Below are positions 29,742-37,962 of a stretch of 64,000 bases of DNA, one piece after another. Numbering within the stretch: the stretch's first letter is position 1; every line of letters begins with the position of its first letter. Origin of the DNA: Bacillota bacterium (lineage in GTDB: Bacteria > Bacillota > JAAYKD01); contig OY762825.2 of the NCBI GenBank assembly GCA_963666425.2, forward strand, positions 928,001-992,000, read 5' to 3'. The position numbers and the translations under genes were made by a program. The notes beneath the pieces were generated by a model. That model saw only the letters and a list, made by a program, of their open reading frames with translations. It was not told where the DNA came from and made no database searches.

Positions 29742-31295
29742 TCAGCGGCTGCTGCTTCCGCTGCTGCCGGCTGTTTGTTCTGCTCTGGCTTTTTCTCTGC
29801 CGCGTTCCATTTGCTCCTGGTGATGGAGTTCATCCTCCAGAAAATTCGTTGGATAGGGGAAATGCGGTGTCTTGGCATCCGCCGGTTGGATACCGAGCAA
29901 ACCACTGTTGGCATTGTACTCCGCCACGGTTCCGTCACAGGGAGAAAGCCATTCATGATAACGCATACCAAAATACATTTCCTCTGTCGCGATCACTTCG
30001 CCTTCTTTAACCATGTCGCCGACATTTTTCAAGCGGATTCCCTCCAAATGGCCATCCACCATATTCAATTTTAGAAAATGCAGGTTTTCATTGGCTTCCC
30101 GCAGCATGATCCAACCGGTAGGTTTTGCCAGATGATTGATTCTTGTCGTGACAATGGGAATATTGCGCGCAAAAAGCAATTGATTGACGGTGGCTACTCT
30201 GGCTAAAACCGTCGGGAAAGCAATCCCGGCAGCCAAAACAAAGAAAGTAAACAGCGCGCTTTGCCAAATATAACTGCGCAGATTACCCATATCGACTTGG
30301 CTAAACCAACTAATATATCCGCTTAACTGAAAAACAATGAGCAAACCGGCGAGGATTCCCGCTAAACCGGCGGAACCTTGTTCGATTGCCAGAGAAATTA
30401 CGATTTGATTATTCGACACACCAATGGATTTGAGAACTGCCAGTTCTCTTCTTCTTTCCAAAAAAGTCATCAAAGCAACCGTTAAAACACCGATACCTAA
30501 GAATAAGAAGATCAATACGAGCAGCCATTGTCCCGGTTCAAAAATCTGCTGCAGTAAAGAATCTGCTAAAGCGCTTGTCACATTCGCATAGAGAAAAGGC
30601 GTGTCCGGATAAGCCGTCTTCATCCATTCCACCAAATGCTGCAGTTCCGCTTCGTTCCGATCATAATTTACTATAAACCGATTGCTCAGGGGTTTTGCCA
30701 TTAAGCGCAATGCATCATTCTGCATGACCAAAGGCTGCGCTTCCTGATAATTTGGTGTAAAAATCCCCACCACGGTCAAGGTCAAACTGCGCTGACGCCC
30801 ATCCTCTGCCACCGTGAAGACGGACAGGGTGTCGTTCAGATGAATCTGTTCTGCCTGGGCCAGAGCAGCCGGCAGAACGACTTCACCGCTCTTCTGCAGC
30901 CAGCGACCCTGCAGTTCTTTATTTTGGTCAAGGAAAAACCGACTGTTTTCCATTAAGCCCAAGATTTCCTGTTTACCGAGATTAGAGTAAACCGAAACCG
31001 CGGCGGCTTCTTCTGCATAAGCTAAAATCTCACGTTTAAACTTCGGTATGGGTAAAGCAGAAGTTTCTTTTACTTCTTCCCCTTCCGGCAGCAGTACCAT
31101 CAAATCATAAGGCAATGTCAGCGTTTCGGTCCGGTAGATGCCAGCCTGCGCCGAGACAGACAGCATGCCGCTATAGAGGACATAGAGGCTGAATGAACCT
31201 GCTACCAAAAGAAAAATCGTAATCAACCGCCAGCGCCAACGTCCTATATTTTTCAAAGCCAGGTTGCCTATGGATGTGAATTGCCTGAAACTCAT
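29742..31295 (-). CDS. MacB/FtsX-type ABC permease (B2) with C-terminal biotinyl/lipoyl-like domain
   Basis: TM1 + extracellular domain + ERRRELAVLKSIG FtsX motif; tail VGDMVKEGEVIA...WLSPCDGTV. Confidence 0.85.
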   Translation of the reverse strand: MSFRQFTSIGNLALKNIGRWRWRLITIFLLVAGSFSLYVLYSGMLSVSAQAGIYRTETLTLPYDLMVLLPEGEEVKETSALPIPKFKREILAYAEEAAAVSVYSNLGKQEILGLMENSRFFLDQNKELQGRWLQKSGEVVLPAALAQAEQIHLNDTLSVFTVAEDGRQRSLTLTVVGIFTPNYQEAQPLVMQNDALRLMAKPLSNRFIVNYDRNEAELQHLVEWMKTAYPDTPFLYANVTSALADSLLQQIFEPGQWLLVLIFLFLGIGVLTVALMTFLERRRELAVLKSIGVSNNQIVISLAIEQGSAGLAGILAGLLIVFQLSGYISWFSQVDMGNLRSYIWQSALFTFFVLAAGIAFPTVLARVATVNQLLFARNIPIVTTRINHLAKPTGWIMLREANENLHFLKLNMVDGHLEGIRLKNVGDMVKEGEVIATEEMYFGMRYHEWLSPCDGTVAEYNANSGLLGIQPADAKTPHFPYPTNFLEDELHHQEQMERGREKARAEQTAGSSGSSSR

Positions 31296-32005
31296 GAATT
31301 CTGCACCTCTATAGCATTGATTTTACCGTCCCGCATCGTGATCACTCGATGCGCATAGCGTGTTAGGCTGGTATCGTGTGTGATCAGGACAAAAGTCTGA
31401 TTTTCTGTTCGATTGAAACGGCAGAACAGATCGATCACCAAATCTCTTGTTTTTGAATCCAAGTTTCCGGTCGGTTCATCCGCCAGGACCACAGCCGGCC
31501 GATTGGCCAGAGAGCGGGCAATGGCGACCCGCTGCTGTTCGCCACCGGAAAGCTGATCCGGTCTGTGATGTGCCCTGGGTGTTAATCCCACTTCATCCAG
31601 AAGAAACTTGGCACGCTCATGTGCATCTTTTTTGCTCATATTGGCAATTGACATCGGCAATTCCACGTTTTCCAAGGCGCTTAAGTGGGGGATCAAATTG
31701 AAAAACTGAAAAACATACCCGATATTTTTCCGACGCATCAAAGCCAACTGATCCTCATTGAGCTTGACGATCGACTGATCGTGAATCAGGATATCTCCAC
31801 TGATTGGTCGATCCAAACCACCCAGTAAACTCAAAAGCGTGCTCTTGCCGCTGCCGGATGGTCCAACGATAATCGCGATTTCACCGGGCATTACTTTGAT
31901 ATTTACATTATTGACCGCGTAAACAGCTTCTCCCAGATAAAAAGCCTTGTTTAAGTTGATCGTCTCCAGGATAGGCCGTTGATTTGCCTCCACCATTGTC
32001 AACAC
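31292..32005 (-). CDS. ABC ATP-binding protein (LolD/MacB family)
   Basis: [45 protein letters not shown]. Confidence 0.95.
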   Translation of the reverse strand: MLTMVEANQRPILETINLNKAFYLGEAVYAVNNVNIKVMPGEIAIIVGPSGSGKSTLLSLLGGLDRPISGDILIHDQSIVKLNEDQLALMRRKNIGYVFQFFNLIPHLSALENVELPMSIANMSKKDAHERAKFLLDEVGLTPRAHHRPDQLSGGEQQRVAIARSLANRPAVVLADEPTGNLDSKTRDLVIDLFCRFNRTENQTFVLITHDTSLTRYAHRVITMRDGKINAIEVQNS

Positions 32006-32025
32006 TCCTTTGATCTGAATTCTCT

Positions 32026-33480
32026 TTATTCATTGCGCAAGACATTCATAACCGGCATCGCGGCAAGTTTTAACGCCGGCAATAAGCCAAAGATCAGGGA
32101 TACCGCTCCGGTTGCAGCCCCAACCTGAGCAAAATCTTTCACTACGGACTGCAGAATGACGAAGAAGCCCTGATGATTTGTCATTTGATTGAGAGCCCCC
32201 GGCAAACGGAAGATCAGGAAGCCGACACTGGCGCCTACTAAAGAGAGAATCAATGCTTCGGTTAAAGCCATGATCACAATATCTACCCGCTTGGCTCCGA
32301 CTGATTTGAGAATTGCCATTTCGCGCTTGCGCTCGTTGATCATAATCAGCATATTGGCAGCCACTAGTAAGGCTGCGTTCAGCAGTACCAAACCCATCAT
32401 GGGCAACCGCAGATCCAGGGCCATTCCTTCCTGCACTGTGTTCTGAGCCATTCCTGTTATCGTCTCGGCTGGTACCGCTTGGAATTTCTCAATCAATTGA
32501 CGCCCCATGGCCATTTCTGCTTGATTGGGTACACTGACAAAACTAAAATTTGAAAAATTCTGTGCTAAATTGAGTACAATATCCTCCAGATAGGCCATAT
32601 CATCAACCTGAATCGTTGCTTCGGCAGCAATGTATTCCACTCCCTTACCGGCTTGCTGCCAGATTTCCTGCCAGGTAGCGAGCGGCAGCTGTATTTCATT
32701 CGTCCACCAATACAATTGTTCCGAATTGGTATTAATTTCACCCTGCCAAGTAACCGTTCGCGTCGGAACCGTAATTCTGCCGATCACCGTCACGGTCTTC
32801 TGAATCGGATTGGCATAATCCAGAACGACAGCGCCGTTCTGATCTATTTTCAAGGTCGGTATTTCCAAATTGATCTTACTGCCCACTTCCGGTACTGCCA
32901 TACCTTGCGGTAGGTCCTGCTTGGTGGAAATGACTGCAACCAATTCTCCGTCATCCTCCGGTATAAACCAGCGCCCATCATAGAGCAGCCTGGCCGGATT
33001 GTTCAAATCGTTTTCCTTGGCTAAATCACGTCCGCGCAACACCGATTCATAGCGATAATCTTTGCTCAGTACCGTAAAACCCGGCAGTCGATAAAGCGGA
33101 GAAACAGAGTTGACTCCTTTGCTCTCAGCCATCTGCCGCAAATCTTCCGCAGTAAAAACTGTTTGTTGATTGCTCTCTAAATAACCTTGCTGATAAATTT
33201 CAGGATGAAAAACCGCTAAATCAGTGAACGGGTTCTCCGTTGGCCGCGAAAAATTCCAGTAACTATCTCCCTCCGGCAATTCTCCTTGCACCTTTTGGGC
33301 ATAAACTACAATTTCCCCACCCAGTACTTCCCGAAAAGCGGCAAACGCTTCCTTGACATAACCCCGGCTTAAGCTGATGGTATAGGTCAAGAAAGCGGCA
33401 GCAACCGCCATGGAAACAACCGCTAAGATACTTCTGGCTAAATTGCGCCAGGCGTTCACAGCTCCTAATCGAAAAAACAT
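32026..33480 (-). CDS. MacB/FtsX-type ABC permease (A2)
   Basis: NAWRNLARSIL TM1, ERKREMAILKSVGA, LLPALKLAAM..VLRNE. Confidence 0.88.
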   Translation of the reverse strand: MFFRLGAVNAWRNLARSILAVVSMAVAAAFLTYTISLSRGYVKEAFAAFREVLGGEIVVYAQKVQGELPEGDSYWNFSRPTENPFTDLAVFHPEIYQQGYLESNQQTVFTAEDLRQMAESKGVNSVSPLYRLPGFTVLSKDYRYESVLRGRDLAKENDLNNPARLLYDGRWFIPEDDGELVAVISTKQDLPQGMAVPEVGSKINLEIPTLKIDQNGAVVLDYANPIQKTVTVIGRITVPTRTVTWQGEINTNSEQLYWWTNEIQLPLATWQEIWQQAGKGVEYIAAEATIQVDDMAYLEDIVLNLAQNFSNFSFVSVPNQAEMAMGRQLIEKFQAVPAETITGMAQNTVQEGMALDLRLPMMGLVLLNAALLVAANMLIMINERKREMAILKSVGAKRVDIVIMALTEALILSLVGASVGFLIFRLPGALNQMTNHQGFFVILQSVVKDFAQVGAATGAVSLIFGLLPALKLAAMPVMNVLRNE

Positions 33481-33484
33481 CGAC

Positions 33485-34444
33485 TTAACCCCCGATAATT
33501 TTGGCTAACGTAGTAATCTCAATATTTCCGCCCGACAACAAACAGATCACCTTTTTCCCAGCCGTTGCCGTCTTGTGATATAAAACGGCAGCAAGAGAAG
33601 CAGCAGCGGACGGTTCACACCAGATTTTCGCCCGCTCAATGATCAATCGGGTCGCTTGGATAATTTCCGTTTCTTCCACTGTCACCAAATCATCCACATA
33701 AAGGCGGGATAATTCGTAGCCGAGCTGACCGGATTTTTTGGAGCGGATCCCATCGGCAACACTGGGCTGCCAATTGATGAGCTCTGTTGGTTTCCCCATC
33801 TGCCAAGCCAAGCGCAAGCGTGGACTCAGCGCTGGTTCGACTCCGATCACTTTAGCCTTACTGCCCGATTCTTTGATGGCTGTCGCCACACCGCCCAGCA
33901 AACCGCCGCCGCCGACAGGAACAAAGATAAAATCCGCTTCCGGCAGCTGCTGCATTAACTCTAAGCCAATGGTGCCTTGACCGGCTACGACTGCCGGATC
34001 ATCATAAGGATGAATCAAAGTCATCCCCTCTGCCGCCAGTTCATTCGCTTTGGCAAGACGTTCCGTCGTCGTAAAACCATGAAACAGCACACGTCCGCCA
34101 TAAGCTTCACAAGCATGCACTTTCGCTGGGGAAGCATCCTCCGGCATCACAATGACGGCCTTACTGCCCAGTTTCATCGCAGCATAAGCGACAGCGGTGC
34201 CGTGATTACCGGATGAGCCGGTTACGATACCGGCGGCCAGCTGCTCTGCATTCAATTGTGCCGCGCAGTTGTAGGCACCGCGCACCTTGAAAGAACCTGT
34301 CTTTTGCATATTTTCACATTTGAGCCAAATTTGCGCATCCGCCAGCTGGTTGATACTTTGATTGGTCAGCAGCGGCGTGGTATGGATCACACCGCACAGG
34401 CGGGCTTGGGCTTCCTGTATCATCTTTAAGTCAATCATCATCAT
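33485..34444 (-). CDS. PLP-dependent serine/threonine dehydratase or serine racemase family protein (no ACT domain)
   Basis: KCENMQKTGSFKVRGA, GSSGNHG, HPYDD, AGQGT, PVGGGGL, LSGGN. Confidence 0.88.
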   Translation of the reverse strand: MMMIDLKMIQEAQARLCGVIHTTPLLTNQSINQLADAQIWLKCENMQKTGSFKVRGAYNCAAQLNAEQLAAGIVTGSSGNHGTAVAYAAMKLGSKAVIVMPEDASPAKVHACEAYGGRVLFHGFTTTERLAKANELAAEGMTLIHPYDDPAVVAGQGTIGLELMQQLPEADFIFVPVGGGGLLGGVATAIKESGSKAKVIGVEPALSPRLRLAWQMGKPTELINWQPSVADGIRSKKSGQLGYELSRLYVDDLVTVEETEIIQATRLIIERAKIWCEPSAAASLAAVLYHKTATAGKKVICLLSGGNIEITTLAKIIGG

Positions 34445-34506
34445 TACTCCTTATCATCGTTTGACAGTTGCCGCTTCGCAGCAAGCAAAGAGAAAATCAG
34501 AATTAT

Positions 34507-34532
34507 ATTCGCCCTTTTTTGGCAATCTTCCT
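34507..34532 (-). promoter_or_regulatory. Sigma-H-like promoter (AGGA-N18-GAAT)
   Basis: Minus strand AGGA 34532-34529, GAAT 34510-34507. Confidence 0.5.
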
Positions 34533-34600
34533 TCTTATTTCGCCTCTTGTAATATTCTTCGATCAGACTTACCAAAAACTGCAGCAAATAGCTGACAATC

Positions 34601-36175
34601 CTACTTGAAATCTTGCTTTGCTGCTCTGGCGCGCCGCTCTCGCTGCAGCGCATTCAGCAGAATCTGATTGTTATAGGGGTAATGCGGCGCTTGCGGGTCA
34701 TCCGGTTTGATGGCATAAAAACCGTTTGCCGCTTGAAATGAATCGACGGTTCCGTCGCAGGGAGCCAGCCATTCCTGATAGCGAAAACCAAACAGACTGC
34801 TTTGCATTGCCACGACCTCGCCTTTTTTGACATGCTCACCCGGGTTTTTTAAAAGTGCAGAAACTACTTTCCCATCCGCCACCTCGAGGCGCAGCAAATG
34901 GACATTTTCTGCCTGCTCGCGCTCCAGAGCTTCCGGTGTCGGATTGCTCAAATGATCATAGTGACTGATCATCAGCGGAATGTCTCTGGCATAAAGCAAT
35001 TGATTTACCGTTGCCAAGCGAGCAACCAGAATTGGGTATAAGACCGAGAACAAGAAAACCAGCAAAGTCAGCAGGCCATTTTTAGCGATCAGCAAGCGCA
35101 GACGATCAGCCGGAAGACCGTCGAGTAAATCACTGACTTGCAGAAAAGCCAAGACGAGGCCGACGCCAATCAGAAAACCAAACAATCCCGCCAAAGCTTG
35201 TTCTAAAAATAAAACTGCCGTCAATTGCCAGTTGGAAATACCAATGGATTTACTGACTGCCAATTCCTGTTTGCGTTCCAAAAAAGTCATCAGACTGATG
35301 GTTAAAATACCGACAGCTAAAAACAGCAGCACCAGCAGCAGCAGCCATTGCCCCGGGCTCTGTATGGCTGAAATCAGAATCTCACTTTGCACCAGGGGCA
35401 GCTGCTGATAAACAAACGCCGCTCCGGGAAACATAACTTCCATGCGGTTCAGAAACAATTCATAATTACTCAACTTATCAAAACTCTTGCACAGCAGGAA
35501 TTCCCGATTCGCCTGCTTTTGTCCACTGAGAGCAGCCGCATCACTCTGCAGGATCAGCGGCATTTGCAAATCGTACTGTGTGGCAATGATCCCCTTGACG
35601 GTGAAATCCTGCGTTGTTTTGCTTTGGTAGGCGTTGAAAGCTGTGAGACGAATCGTATCGCCCAAAACGAGATCATATTTCGCCGCTATTGCTTGCGGCA
35701 GCAGCAAATCCCCGCTCCGGCTGAGGGATGCACCTGTAATTTGCGTTTCGTCATAAACAAAAATCTGCGTGTCGGGATCGATCCCTAACAGCTCCCACTC
35801 ACCGTATTGACTGCGGCCAGTAAAAGCCGTTGCCAGTTCATAGCGATCGATCGTAATATTGATACTGACTGATTGATTGCGGTTCATACCGGAGCTCGTT
35901 GTCAGCGAATAACTGCCAAGGGAATTGAAACCGCTTGTTTTCGGCGCTTGCTTCTCATCAAGAATTACCATGATATCGTAAGGTAAATGCAAGCTTTGCG
36001 TATCATTCTTACCGGCGGCAGCATTGGCTTGCAGCATACCGCCATAAAGAATCGTAATGCAGATGGATCCTGCCACCAGCAGAGTGACCAGTCCCAAACG
36101 CCAGCGCCAACGTTTCATATTTTTGAAGGTTAGGGCAAAAACAGTGATGACCTGCCGTCCATGCAGTTTATTCAT
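34601..36175 (-). CDS. MacB/FtsX-type ABC permease (B1) with C-terminal biotinyl/lipoyl-like domain
   Basis: Start MNKLHG (36175); ERKQELAVSKSIG; tail PGEHVKKGEVVA...WLAPCDGTV; paralog of 29742..31295. Confidence 0.85.
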   Translation of the reverse strand: MNKLHGRQVITVFALTFKNMKRWRWRLGLVTLLVAGSICITILYGGMLQANAAAGKNDTQSLHLPYDIMVILDEKQAPKTSGFNSLGSYSLTTSSGMNRNQSVSINITIDRYELATAFTGRSQYGEWELLGIDPDTQIFVYDETQITGASLSRSGDLLLPQAIAAKYDLVLGDTIRLTAFNAYQSKTTQDFTVKGIIATQYDLQMPLILQSDAAALSGQKQANREFLLCKSFDKLSNYELFLNRMEVMFPGAAFVYQQLPLVQSEILISAIQSPGQWLLLLVLLFLAVGILTISLMTFLERKQELAVSKSIGISNWQLTAVLFLEQALAGLFGFLIGVGLVLAFLQVSDLLDGLPADRLRLLIAKNGLLTLLVFLFSVLYPILVARLATVNQLLYARDIPLMISHYDHLSNPTPEALEREQAENVHLLRLEVADGKVVSALLKNPGEHVKKGEVVAMQSSLFGFRYQEWLAPCDGTVDSFQAANGFYAIKPDDPQAPHYPYNNQILLNALQRERRARAAKQDFK

Positions 36176-37703
36176 TGCGCAGCACCTCCATGACCGAAAG
36201 TTTGGCATAATTACGTGCCGGAATAAAGCCAAACAGAACGGCAAGGCAGGAAGTTGCACACATCACGAGCAGGAAATCCTGCGCAAAAAGCAGCAGCACA
36301 GCAGCAAAAGTACTGGGGTTGGTCATTTGATTCAACAGGGATTGGATCCGAATAAAGAAAAAGCCCAGGCCGGATCCGATTGCCGTCACCAAAATGACTT
36401 CACCTAAGATCATCATAATAATATCCAGACGTTTGGCGCCGACCGCTTTGAGGATACCGATCTCTTTTTTACGTTCCGATACCAGAATCAGCGTATTGGC
36501 AGCGACCAATAATCCGGCATTGAGCAAAACCAAGAGGGTCAGGGGCAGGCGCAAATCGGCGGAAAGCACGGTTTGATTCAAGAGCGATGCCTTTGCTTTG
36601 ACGGCATCCTCGGCTAAACGCGGAATCACAGGTTCTAAACTCAAAGCCGACAGAACGCGATCCAGTTGATTCGGCATGCTGACAAAGCTGTACTGCGGGT
36701 ACTTTTGCTGTAGATCATAAACGATATCTTCAAGAAAAGACAAATCGTCCACTTGCAGCAGAAGCTCAGCCGGCTGAAAGGCTGCTCCTTTGGCAGCTTG
36801 CTGCCAAATCATTTGCCAGGTTTCCAAGGGCAGATAGATATCAGAATAATAAGCAAAAACCTTCTCGGTGATTAACCCACCGACGGGATCGCTGTAATCC
36901 ACCAAGCGGGTTACCACAGAGACGGTACCGACAATTTCAATTTCCCAACGGCTGCTGTTGCTGTAATCCGCCAGCCATTCTCCGTTTTGCCAAGAAAAGG
37001 CGGGTACTTCCACCGTGATGAAATCGCCGACCGCCGGCGGCTTGGTAAAAGCAGGTGTTTGCTGATTGGCCGAAACAACACAAACCAAGGACCCATTGTC
37101 TGTTTTCTGCAGCCAGCGTCCTGAACTCAGGTAAGTCTCCATGCTGTAAGCTTCGCTTTCCTCTGCCAGATCTCTCGCCTGCAGCGAGGAAGCGTAGGAT
37201 ATTTCCGGTCCGGTATAAGAACCATCCGCTAATCTGACCAAGAGATCCTGCGGCAAAGGAGTTGCTTGTTTCGCCGGATCGACTTGGGTGATTGTATCCG
37301 CAGGCATGCGATAGAGGGGCTGCAGACCGGTCAATTCTTCTTCCGCTGCCAGCGCAGTCAGATCCTGCTCACTGAAACGGCCTCCGCTTGCTCCGGTCGT
37401 CAAGTAACCGGTTGCAGCCATCTTGGGAAAGAGCAACGACAAATCCGTAAAAAAATCCAAAGCGCCCCATTGATATTGCCAATTTGTATTTTCATCCGGA
37501 ATTTCCGCTGTGATTTTATCGGCATAAACCACAATTTCACCGTTAAACATGCGGCGCAGGGGCTGTCCCGCTAAATTGCTGTAACCCCTGCCTAAACTGA
37601 TGACATAAGTAAAAAAAGCCGCCGCCAAAGCCATGGAAACCACCGCCAGGATACTTCGAGCCAAATTGCGCCAGGCATTCTGAATTCCCAATTTGAAAAA
37701 CAT
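36168..37703 (-). CDS. MacB/FtsX-type ABC permease (A1)
   Basis: Start MFFKLG (37703) after GGGGGAG; ERKKEIGILKAVGA; paralog of 32026..33480. Confidence 0.88.
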   Translation of the reverse strand: MFFKLGIQNAWRNLARSILAVVSMALAAAFFTYVISLGRGYSNLAGQPLRRMFNGEIVVYADKITAEIPDENTNWQYQWGALDFFTDLSLLFPKMAATGYLTTGASGGRFSEQDLTALAAEEELTGLQPLYRMPADTITQVDPAKQATPLPQDLLVRLADGSYTGPEISYASSLQARDLAEESEAYSMETYLSSGRWLQKTDNGSLVCVVSANQQTPAFTKPPAVGDFITVEVPAFSWQNGEWLADYSNSSRWEIEIVGTVSVVTRLVDYSDPVGGLITEKVFAYYSDIYLPLETWQMIWQQAAKGAAFQPAELLLQVDDLSFLEDIVYDLQQKYPQYSFVSMPNQLDRVLSALSLEPVIPRLAEDAVKAKASLLNQTVLSADLRLPLTLLVLLNAGLLVAANTLILVSERKKEIGILKAVGAKRLDIIMMILGEVILVTAIGSGLGFFFIRIQSLLNQMTNPSTFAAVLLLFAQDFLLVMCATSCLAVLFGFIPARNYAKLSVMEVLRNE

Positions 37704-37862
37704 GCGTGCTCCCCCTTTGTACCTCTTCTTCCTTTCCGATTGCCTATCGATTTTCCTTTCAGTCAAAGAAATTTAATAATTAATTCGTTATCAAACTATC
37801 TTCCTGCTGATCAGCCGCTCTGCCGGAGCTTCAATTTTACATTTGAAAATTCAGACTGAAAA

Positions 37863-37888
37863 AGGAATTTCTCACGAGGGAAGAGAAT
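37863..37888 (+). promoter_or_regulatory. Sigma-H-like promoter (AGGA-N18-GAAT)
   Basis: AGGA 37863-37866, GAAT 37885-37888, upstream of nrdJ. Confidence 0.5.
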
Positions 37889-37962
37889 GTTAACTTCAAT
37901 AAGGTAGCAATTGCGCCCGAGTGCCGTCCTATTGAGCCGGCACTTTAATATTATCCGAAGGA

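Noticed and set aside
29621-30074. Short ORFs between the ABC cluster and pspA
   Set aside because: They overlap the permease 3' end and its terminator; no RBS or recognisable domain
37783-37805. AGGA...GAAT upstream of ABC permease A1 (and a similar one before pspA)
   Set aside because: Spacing is 15 nt rather than 17-18, so it was not counted as a sigma-H-like promoter
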